From assembly GCA_013204265.1 (NCBI GenBank), contig JABMOG010000151.1, positions 1 to 57,737 on the forward strand: a DNA stretch of 57,737 nt, given 5' to 3'. The position numbers were made by a program, and so were the translations under genes. How positions within the stretch are numbered: the first letter of the stretch is position 1; every line of letters begins with the position of its first letter. Below, piece by piece: positions 34,850 through 42,473 of the stretch. A model generated the notes under the pieces. It was not told the origin of the DNA. It worked only from the letters and a program-made list of their open reading frames with translations, and searched no databases. This stretch comes from Rhodospirillales bacterium (lineage in GTDB: Bacteria; Pseudomonadota; Alphaproteobacteria; Rhodospirillales; Casp-alpha2).

Positions 34850-35500
34850 CTATAACACGCCCTTGGAAAGGGCGCCGTCAAAATTAATGGTTACGCCGCT
34901 TAGGTACTTCACATCGTTTTCAATGATGGAGGAGACAAACCGGCCAATCTCTTCGGGCTTGCCAACCCGCTTCATGGGCAATGTCTTGCCCAACTCACCC
35001 ACATCCGCAACAAGGCTCTTTAGCCGGTCGGTGTCCATGGGGCCGGGTGCTATGTTAATGCACGACACTTCCCGCGCGGCCAGGTCCCGACTGACGGATT
35101 TGAACAAACTGGTGAACGCAATCCGGTAGGCATTGGACAGGATCAGGTTGGGATCGGGTTCTTTGATGTTGTTGGACGAAATCAAAAAAATGAAGCCACC
35201 GTCATTGATTTTAAGGTTCTGGAGAAAGATAACAAAACCGAGAAACAGTTGCCGGTGGCTCTGCTCTAATTCCGCCAAGGTGATTTCGCTGAACGGTTTG
35301 GCCGGTGGGCCGCCGGTGTTAAGAACAAGTACATCCACCGTTTTTTCCTGCTCGCAAAAAGCCAGGCACTGATCCAGATTACTGGTGTCCAAATCGCTTT
35401 TGGACAAGGCGGTGACATCCAGATCAATGTCACCCAGGGCCTTGGCAATCGCGGCTCCAATTCCCCGAGAGCCAGCCAACACTATCGCTTTTTTCGCCAT
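34850..35500 (-). CDS. Short SDR-like oxidoreductase (atypical)
   Basis: AIVLAGSRGIGAAIAKAL. Only 216 aa, and I saw no clean YxxxK motif. Confidence 0.6.
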   Translation of the reverse strand: MAKKAIVLAGSRGIGAAIAKALGDIDLDVTALSKSDLDTSNLDQCLAFCEQEKTVDVLVLNTGGPPAKPFSEITLAELEQSHRQLFLGFVIFLQNLKINDGGFIFLISSNNIKEPDPNLILSNAYRIAFTSLFKSVSRDLAAREVSCINIAPGPMDTDRLKSLVADVGELGKTLPMKRVGKPEEIGRFVSSIIENDVKYLSGVTINFDGALSKGVL

Positions 35501-35548
35501 TGATACTTTTATCCTATGGTTCGCGTGGTTAATGAAATTCGGGTTGCC

Positions 35549-36274
35549 TCATGCCCGGTCTTTTTCTCCGGTGCCGATGGCTGTTTCGAGCTGCCTTAAG
35601 TCGCGAATTAACGGCCCCGCCACGGCAAGGGCGGCGGCGTGCGCATCATCGGGATAGGTTTTGCTGGCGTCATCGCCTTTGACATAAAAGAAAACCGCTT
35701 CCGGACCGAAACACAAGGCCATAAAAAGAACCCTCAAATCCGGCAAGTGCAAACCAAAGCTGACGTCCCGGCCGGTGCGTTCGCGCATTTCCTGAATGGC
35801 CTTGAGATTGACGTCACCGGCCACGGGAGACAGTTGGGTGTGAATGAAGTTCACCCGGGGAAATCGTTTTGCGGCGTCTTCGATTTCCGCATAATCCGAA
35901 TTGCCGGTGGAAACGAAAACGGGCACGCCTAAGCCGGACACATAATCCAGCAGGTCATAATCCGACAGGCCGAAACTGAGGACTTTCCAGAAATCCGGCG
36001 CCAGGGAACCGGCCCGTTTCGCGGTGGTTACGTCGCCGACGGACAGGCCGAACTTTTTATGCCCGGCGTGGATGGCATCCCGGAACGCGCCGTGATCGTC
36101 CACGGCAATGGGAACCGTCCACGGATCGGAGCGGTCGTAAAATTTGTCCTCTCGGATCTGAAAGGTTATCCCGTCCGCCTCTGTCTGGATGAGCCCGGCG
36201 ATAAGCTCCTCGGCCAGCGCCGCGGATCCGAGGTGGTTTAATCCGATTTCCGCAATGTATTGGGTGGTGCTCAT
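35549..36274 (-). CDS. NeuB-family protein, short and degenerate (no SAF domain)
   Basis: YIAEIGLNHLGSAALAEELI...GITFQ resembles the NeuB N-terminus. FGLH stands where GYSGHE or LSDHT is expected, and the second His block (I/E-x-H) is replaced by FFYV. Confidence 0.5.
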   Translation of the reverse strand: MSTTQYIAEIGLNHLGSAALAEELIAGLIQTEADGITFQIREDKFYDRSDPWTVPIAVDDHGAFRDAIHAGHKKFGLSVGDVTTAKRAGSLAPDFWKVLSFGLSDYDLLDYVSGLGVPVFVSTGNSDYAEIEDAAKRFPRVNFIHTQLSPVAGDVNLKAIQEMRERTGRDVSFGLHLPDLRVLFMALCFGPEAVFFYVKGDDASKTYPDDAHAAALAVAGPLIRDLRQLETAIGTGEKDRA

Positions 36275-36840
36275 TTATAAGCTTTTCCGGCGGAAAATTC
36301 AGGGCGCAGGATTGCCAAGACAACCGCATCGTTGCGAACGCCGTTTTTTTCGGAGAGGTAAAAATCACGCAGCGTCCCTTCATGCTTGAAACCGAGGCTC
36401 TTGAGGGAGTTGATCGAGGCGGCATTATCGTCCTGGGTTTTCGCCCACACCCGATGAAAACCCGCTTCATCGAAAAGATATTCCAGAACCATGCGGAGCA
36501 CTTCCTTGAAATATCCTTTGCCCCAATACTGGGGAGAGACTCCATAGCCGATTTCGCAACTACCCTTGCGAGTGTCGATATCAAGCACACCGAAGGTGCC
36601 GATGACCTTGTCGTCCCCCTTGTGACGGATCATCCAATAATGGCCGGTGGGCGCTTGTGACCGGCGAACAAGTTTCTGGTAATAGGTTTCCGTTTCTTCC
36701 CGGGACCGACTTTCGATTAATTCCATGAATTCAAAGAAAACAGGCATGGAAGAATATTCATGAAGGTCGTCAATGCAGGAAGCATTGATTTCTACAAGAT
36801 CGATGCGTTCTCCGGGTAGGTCGGGAAATTTCATTTGCAA
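36271..36840 (-). CDS. GNAT-family N-acetyltransferase (RimJ/RimL-like)
   Basis: GYGVSPQYWGKGYFKEVLRMVLEYLF...HRVWAKTQDDNAASINSLKSLGFKHEG. Confidence 0.8.
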   Translation of the reverse strand: MQMKFPDLPGERIDLVEINASCIDDLHEYSSMPVFFEFMELIESRSREETETYYQKLVRRSQAPTGHYWMIRHKGDDKVIGTFGVLDIDTRKGSCEIGYGVSPQYWGKGYFKEVLRMVLEYLFDEAGFHRVWAKTQDDNAASINSLKSLGFKHEGTLRDFYLSEKNGVRNDAVVLAILRPEFSAGKAYK

Positions 36841-36880
36841 TGGATGGTGGTTTCAGAAGGGTTGGCGGATGCTGCCATCC

Positions 36881-37729
36881 TTACGAACTCGATTTCCACG
36901 GAATGTGGGCACGCAGTTTTTCTGCAATGGAGACTTCCTTTTCGTGGACGCCGATCGCGCCATCACCCATGGCGTGTTCGATTTTCCTGACAGCGCCGAC
37001 CAGAGAACGAAACCCGCCGGGCTCTACCGATGCCGATTGATCGGATCCGTATAACGCGCGGCTGAGTGTAATGTGGCGTTCCAATGACGTGATTCCAAGG
37101 GCGGCGGCGGCATAGGAGACCGCTAAACCGACTTCATGACCGCTGTAGCCGACACCGCACTTGAATTTTTCTCGAAGCACCTGGATGCAGTTCAAATTGG
37201 CGTCCTCGTCCTCCATCGGATAGGTGGATATACAGTGCATCAATTCGAATGGGCAATCGGCGGCGCGGAAGATATCGACGGCGCGCGTAATATCACCTTC
37301 ATTACTCATACCCGTCGAGATGAAGGTGTGTTTGCCTTCATCGGCGACCGCCTTGAGCAGGTCCTCGTAGACGATCATCGCGGACGCGATCTTGTTGTGT
37401 TTGAGGTTGAACTGGCCGAGAAATTTCTGACTTTCCAGGTCCCAGGCCGACGCGAACCATTCTATCCCCTTGTCCTTGCAGTATCGGTCTATCTCTTTGT
37501 ATTCGTCGAGGCCGAACTCCAACCCTTCTTTCTGTTCACGCTGAGTGGTACCCCACGGGCTTTCCCGAAGGCCGTCCAGCATGTCCTTTTCGTACACCAG
37601 GTCGATGGTCCGCTTCTGGAACTTGACGGCGTCGGCGCCGGCATCAACAGCGACATCGATCAGCTGTCTGGTGATGTCCAGGTCGCCGTTATGGTTGATG
37701 CCGATTTCGGCGATGATGAAGATGGACAT
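36881..37729 (-). CDS. neuB: N-acylneuraminate-(phosphate) synthase family enzyme (NeuB domain only, no SAF domain)
   Basis: MSIFIIAEIGINHNGDLDITRQLIDVAVDAGADAVKFQKR, VGYSGHEVG and LERHITL. Confidence 0.85.
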   Translation of the reverse strand: MSIFIIAEIGINHNGDLDITRQLIDVAVDAGADAVKFQKRTIDLVYEKDMLDGLRESPWGTTQREQKEGLEFGLDEYKEIDRYCKDKGIEWFASAWDLESQKFLGQFNLKHNKIASAMIVYEDLLKAVADEGKHTFISTGMSNEGDITRAVDIFRAADCPFELMHCISTYPMEDEDANLNCIQVLREKFKCGVGYSGHEVGLAVSYAAAALGITSLERHITLSRALYGSDQSASVEPGGFRSLVGAVRKIEHAMGDGAIGVHEKEVSIAEKLRAHIPWKSSS

Positions 37730-38223
37730 TATTGGGTTTTCCTACTTTTTAAGATGAATTCACAAAGTTCTCTGACCGCGCCATTGCCGCCGGTGGCAGC
37801 AACCACAAGGTCGGCGACTTCCAGAACGGTCGGGTGAGCATCGGCAGGCGCCACGGCATATCCGGAAACCTTCATGGCACCCAGGTCGTTGAGGTCGTTG
37901 CCCATGTAGATCACCGTTGCGGGCTCGATCCCATGTTCCTGTAGGTACCCGGCCAGAAATCCGGCCTTGTCGTCGCAGCCCTGTTGGACGGCCAATCCCA
38001 GCTTGCGGGCGCGGGCCTCGACCACAGGGTTTGTTTCCATGGACAGGATGAACATTTCAATGCCTTCATCCTTCAGCATCCTCACGCCCAGACCGTCGCG
38101 GCGATCGCACATGACGGATTCCGATCCGTCCTGGGCAGTGTAGACCTTGTTGTCGGTGAACACCCCGTCGAAATCGAAAACGATCAGGGTGAGCGGGTCG
38201 GGCAGGGTTCTCTTTTGGCTCAT
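37729..38223 (-). CDS. KdsC/YrbI-family HAD phosphatase (ulosonate-phosphate phosphatase)
   Basis: LIVFDFDGVFTDNKVY, DGLGVRMLKDEGIEMFILS and MGNDLNDLGAM. Confidence 0.85.
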   Translation of the reverse strand: MSQKRTLPDPLTLIVFDFDGVFTDNKVYTAQDGSESVMCDRRDGLGVRMLKDEGIEMFILSMETNPVVEARARKLGLAVQQGCDDKAGFLAGYLQEHGIEPATVIYMGNDLNDLGAMKVSGYAVAPADAHPTVLEVADLVVAATGGNGAVRELCEFILKSRKTQ

Positions 38224-38259
38224 GGCGGGCGTTGATCCTTTAGATTATCGCTGCATGTT

Positions 38260-40032
38260 CTAAACGCTAGGCTTTGATGTAATTTCCGGAGCATGGGTGT
38301 TCTGGTCAACCAAAATGCCCATGTCTTCGCGGATCACTTCCCAGGGGACTTTTCCATTCAATTCAATCAACTCGGCAAAGTCATCCCGTCTATATTCTTC
38401 ACGGCCTTCATCCAGAGCACGGATTCTGTCAATGGCCTGTTTGGAAGAGGTCACGCAAAGCCCGGGGAAATATCTGTAGCTAAACACCTTATGCTTAGGG
38501 CTCAAATCCATAGCGATGGAGTAACATCCAAACTGAATACCCTCGGCGGCGAGCGTAGAGCCTTCGGTTAAGACGAACTGGCATTTGAAAAACAGGTCAT
38601 AAGCTATTCCTTCGTGCCGGAAAATATTTTTGGGTCCGGTATCGAGAAAATGGTTCAGTCCGTTTGCGAATGCGCCATCAAGGTATCTGCCGACCTTGAC
38701 ATTAATATAAATTTTGCGGTCCGGAAACGCGGTGGCGATATCCACAACGGCATCAAATATGGATTGGTTATGGAAGCAAGGGCTTATAAAACACGCGATA
38801 TCGTTTCCTTTTTGCTCTCCCAGTCGCTTGAAGTCATCTCGTGTCATGCCGCTTGAACCAAGGGTGCGGACTTCCATATGTTGCGGCCATGTTCGACGAT
38901 AGTAACGAGTATATTGGTCCCATCCAAAAATGTAATAGACGTCAAAATCCAGATATGTATTTTGGAAGGTATACGACCAAAGAGAGGGAATTCCATGAAA
39001 CGCCCCCATGGAAACAGCTCCGATGCGCCGCAATTCCCGAGTACGCATTGTATGTTCCGGATTGTAGTCATCCCGGGCCCAAAAATATTTGAATCGATAC
39101 CTGTTACATAAAGCACGAAAAGCGGTTCGGTGGTAAGGCAGGGCGACAAGGCCACGGAACAAATCCGTTGGCATGGCCCAGGCCTGGCGGAGAAGACGAA
39201 AGTAATCCGAAACCATTTCGCCAACGGCAGGGAAAAAATCCCGCAACGAAAACAAACCGCCTGAATACAAACACGTGTGCCAGCCGGATAATTGTTTTTC
39301 AGCAGTTTGCTGGTCATGCTTGTTTCGGAATACCAATAGAATGTCTTCGGGTGTGCGGGCGACCTCCTCCCAGAAGTGATTTTTGTTTCCCGCAACAAAA
39401 TCCGTGCCGATATGAAAGGGTTTTTGAAAGGGCAGGGAAAGCCGGGTCCGCCGTAAGGCGAACAGAAACGTTTTCAAACAAGCAGCTAAACAAAGGAGAA
39501 CATTTAGGAGGGGGTCTATCTTGAGTCTGGGAATAATTTTTCCCGGAGGGTTTTCTCTAAATCGGTGACGATAAAATGAAAGGTCAAACGAATCGAGACC
39601 GCTGACGGTGGTTTTTGACCGGTCATCTATATCGGGGCCGTTTTCTATTGCCTTTTGCAAAATGTAATTAACGACGAAATGTCGGTATGCAACGGCGCTT
39701 GAAACATGCTTATAAGCGATGTCGAATTCACCAAACCGTTTTGTTGCATTTTCAAAGTCACCATAGTTTTCCAGCCAGTCAAGATTTTCTCCGAAGGCAT
39801 CGGTGAGGCGAAGAAAGTCTCCATAATCCTTGTAGTGGCGCAAATCGGAATGGAATTCGGTGACTTCCACGATTCTATGGTTGGCTTTGAGCCAGCGTTC
39901 AATGGAGTCGAGATAAGCCGTCGATGAGCCTTTAAGCAGGGAAAGGGTATGGACCACACACGTCGGGCGGCGCAAGGCGGCCCGCCAGAGCAACCTGAAC
40001 AAGGTCAGCTCGGTTAAAACCAGATATTCCAT
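38260..40032 (-). CDS. Uncharacterised 590-aa protein, paralog 2 of 3 (AT-rich gene)
   Basis: Start taken at the ATG at 40032 (the ORF track opens one codon earlier at a TTG). Shares FKYFWARDDYNPEHTMRTRELRRIGAVSMGAFHGI and FVLTEGSTLAAEGIQFG blocks with the other two paralogs. Confidence 0.45.
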   Translation of the reverse strand: MEYLVLTELTLFRLLWRAALRRPTCVVHTLSLLKGSSTAYLDSIERWLKANHRIVEVTEFHSDLRHYKDYGDFLRLTDAFGENLDWLENYGDFENATKRFGEFDIAYKHVSSAVAYRHFVVNYILQKAIENGPDIDDRSKTTVSGLDSFDLSFYRHRFRENPPGKIIPRLKIDPLLNVLLCLAACLKTFLFALRRTRLSLPFQKPFHIGTDFVAGNKNHFWEEVARTPEDILLVFRNKHDQQTAEKQLSGWHTCLYSGGLFSLRDFFPAVGEMVSDYFRLLRQAWAMPTDLFRGLVALPYHRTAFRALCNRYRFKYFWARDDYNPEHTMRTRELRRIGAVSMGAFHGIPSLWSYTFQNTYLDFDVYYIFGWDQYTRYYRRTWPQHMEVRTLGSSGMTRDDFKRLGEQKGNDIACFISPCFHNQSIFDAVVDIATAFPDRKIYINVKVGRYLDGAFANGLNHFLDTGPKNIFRHEGIAYDLFFKCQFVLTEGSTLAAEGIQFGCYSIAMDLSPKHKVFSYRYFPGLCVTSSKQAIDRIRALDEGREEYRRDDFAELIELNGKVPWEVIREDMGILVDQNTHAPEITSKPSV

Positions 40033-40110
40033 CAAATCTTGATCAAAGTTTTTCTAGGAGAGAATAGGGTGCAAAATGAAAACTCAAGGCGCCGTCAAGC
40101 AGGGCCCTCA

Positions 40111-41682
40111 CTACTGAAGGGGAATGGGGTTTCCTTGCTCGGTAATATCCGTTTCGGGGCTGGAGAAGAATTCTTCACTAAATTCTTTGCTCAGTTTTGC
40201 CCACATTTCATCCCCCTCGGGGGTTAACTTTTCGGCAATCTCGATATCCGGCCACCGGCTTTTTGGAAACCGCACATACATGGCGAAGGTTCGTTTCAAA
40301 CCGATTAATTGATCCGGCGTATAGGTCGGAAGTTTCATGACCGTATTTTCGGAATTGGCCGGGCACAGGGTATCGGCATGCAGAAATCCCGCATCAACGC
40401 AGATGGGGCGCAGCGGTGTTCCGATATAGGGTTGAAAAATGGAGCAGCTCATTTGATCCGCCTGGAACTGCCGGTTGAGTTCGATGGTGTCGAACGACAG
40501 CTCCCGCGTTTCACCGGGGAACCCGATGATGTTGTTGACGGCGAACGGCACCCCATATTTTTTGGGAATTTTCAGGGCATCGATGGCGCTCTGGTTGGAG
40601 TATTTTCGATGGACAACCTCGGCGCGGAACTTTTCGTTACCGTGCTCCATGCCGAAGGCCATGAAATGAAGGCCGATTTTTTTTAACTTTTTTATCCTCT
40701 CGTCGGTTACCGTCTCAACGCACGTCTGGCACCAGAACGGTAATTTGATGTCGGAATACATTTCGCAAAATTCATCAATTTCCCGTTCGGACCATGCAAA
40801 AAAAGTATCGGCCCAGAAATAGACGTATTCAATATTGATGACATCACGGAAATACAAAAGGTCTTCGCGAATTTTTTCCATCGACCGTTTGCGGAAAAAG
40901 GACTTACCGGTCTCTTTCGAATAAAAAACATTTTGCGCGGGCGAATTACAAAAAGCACATGTGTACGGACACCCCCGGTGCGTCTCTACCGGCAGCATTT
41001 TGTATAATTTTCCAAACATGGGGCGATAGAATTGGCCGTCTTCGAAAATTTCAAAATCTGCACGGGGAATTGAGTCGACATCCACCGGGTCGGTGACGGA
41101 ATTTTTAATAATTGTTCCGTCCTTTTCCTTCAGCCAAAGATTTGTGACATCCTTATAATCCTTGCCATCGCGCAACCGTTCACTCAGTTCGACGATACAG
41201 TTTTCCCCTTCACCGACGCAGACCATGTCCACCTGAGGGAAACTCAACGCGAGTTCCGGCGCGAACGTCGTAAACACGCCCCCGTAAATCGTAGGAATAT
41301 TATGCGACTGAATGGTGTCTAAAAGTTGAATTGCCAGCAGGTAGGTGCTTTCCGTGGTCGTTACCGCAATCAAACCGGGTTTAAATGCTTCAATTTTTTT
41401 CTTTAATCCCTCAACCGCGCTTTCGTGCTTTTGCAAAGTGTCGGCTTTGGACTCGTAAGGACGGACTAAAAGGTTTTGGACCAACCCTGCAGTGTCATCT
41501 CGGTTTTTGGTAAAATTGGTGCTGATGTAATCGTCCGCATCAAGGTCGTAATGGGTCGAATCGAACAAATCGACAGTAAACCCGTGTTCTTTCAGAAGCG
41601 CCGAAAATATAGCTATGGATGGCGGGACAAGCGTCTCGGCCCTTTGATTTGGATAGACAAACAACACACGGAATTCAGACAT
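40111..41682 (-). CDS. B12-binding-domain radical SAM enzyme (intact)
   Basis: N-terminal Rossmann-like VLFVYPNQR...IAVTTTEST...IYGGVF, and VETHRGCPYTCAFCNSP. A strong AAGGAG sits 5 nt upstream of the ATG. Confidence 0.85.
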   Translation of the reverse strand: MSEFRVLFVYPNQRAETLVPPSIAIFSALLKEHGFTVDLFDSTHYDLDADDYISTNFTKNRDDTAGLVQNLLVRPYESKADTLQKHESAVEGLKKKIEAFKPGLIAVTTTESTYLLAIQLLDTIQSHNIPTIYGGVFTTFAPELALSFPQVDMVCVGEGENCIVELSERLRDGKDYKDVTNLWLKEKDGTIIKNSVTDPVDVDSIPRADFEIFEDGQFYRPMFGKLYKMLPVETHRGCPYTCAFCNSPAQNVFYSKETGKSFFRKRSMEKIREDLLYFRDVINIEYVYFWADTFFAWSEREIDEFCEMYSDIKLPFWCQTCVETVTDERIKKLKKIGLHFMAFGMEHGNEKFRAEVVHRKYSNQSAIDALKIPKKYGVPFAVNNIIGFPGETRELSFDTIELNRQFQADQMSCSIFQPYIGTPLRPICVDAGFLHADTLCPANSENTVMKLPTYTPDQLIGLKRTFAMYVRFPKSRWPDIEIAEKLTPEGDEMWAKLSKEFSEEFFSSPETDITEQGNPIPLQ

Positions 41683-41784
41683 AATATCTCCTTAGGCTCA
41701 CGGAAGGGTCTTGGCTTTACGTATCCATTCCAAGCGGGGATTTAAAGGGGGAAATTAAAACATAACTTACGGGGCCAGGGTTTC
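41683..41784 (-). promoter_or_regulatory. Largest same-strand intergenic gap (102 bp); holds the AAGGAG ribosome-binding site and is a candidate internal promoter
   Basis: ctcctt at 41688..41693 is AAGGAG on the minus strand, 5 nt before the ATG at 41682. No convincing -35/-10 pair could be assigned by eye. Confidence 0.3.
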
Positions 41785-42417
41785 TCACTCGCCGCCCCCG
41801 AACAAAGAGTCCTCCAGGGCGGCACACAACAGGTGATAGATCGGCAGGTGTAGCTCCTGGATCAGGTCGACCCGGCTTGCCGGTGCGCACAGCGCGACAT
41901 CGGCGAGTTCTTTTATCGCGCCGCCGCTGGCGCCGGTCATCGCGATCACTTTCATGTCGAGTACGCGCGCCACCTTGGCCGCCAGAAGCACATTGGCGGA
42001 ATTTCCCGAGGTCGAAATCGCCAGCAGCACGTCACCCGCCCGGCCCAAGCCGTACAATTGTTGGGCGAAAATTGCGGACGGGTCGGTATCGTTGGCCACC
42101 GCCGTCATCAAGGAGACCTGGCTGACTAGGGAAATCGCAGCAATGCTTTGCTGCAAGGCGCTTGCAATGGCCTCGGCTTCGCCCGGAAAATGGGCCGCGA
42201 TGGCGTTGACCTGGGCCTCGGTCAGTCGGCGTTTGAGGTGAAACCCCTTCAGTAACTCGCCGACGATGTGTTCCGCGTCGGCAGCGCTGCCGCCGTTTCC
42301 GCAGGTGAAAATCCTTCCTTTTTCGTTGCCGCAATGTTTGAGCAGGGCAAGTGCCTGCAGGATGTCACCGCGAAGCGGCTCAAGCGCTGCGTGTCGGTTA
42401 AAAAACTCTTCAATCAT
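41785..42417 (-). CDS. SIS-domain sugar-phosphate isomerase (GmhA-like)
   Basis: IFTCGNGGSAADAEHIVGEL and LLAISTSGNSANVL. Confidence 0.85.
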   Translation of the reverse strand: MIEEFFNRHAALEPLRGDILQALALLKHCGNEKGRIFTCGNGGSAADAEHIVGELLKGFHLKRRLTEAQVNAIAAHFPGEAEAIASALQQSIAAISLVSQVSLMTAVANDTDPSAIFAQQLYGLGRAGDVLLAISTSGNSANVLLAAKVARVLDMKVIAMTGASGGAIKELADVALCAPASRVDLIQELHLPIYHLLCAALEDSLFGGGE

Positions 42418-42473
42418 TATTGCGTTCTACCCTGTCTTTTCACGATCACTGCTATTATCCAAGTCCTGCGCCA

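Noticed and set aside
40033-40110. A possible sigma-70 promoter (TTGACG ... TTTGCA on the minus strand) upstream of the paralog-2 gene.
   Set aside because: The -10 candidate is poor and there is no Shine-Dalgarno sequence before the ATG. I cannot distinguish it from chance.
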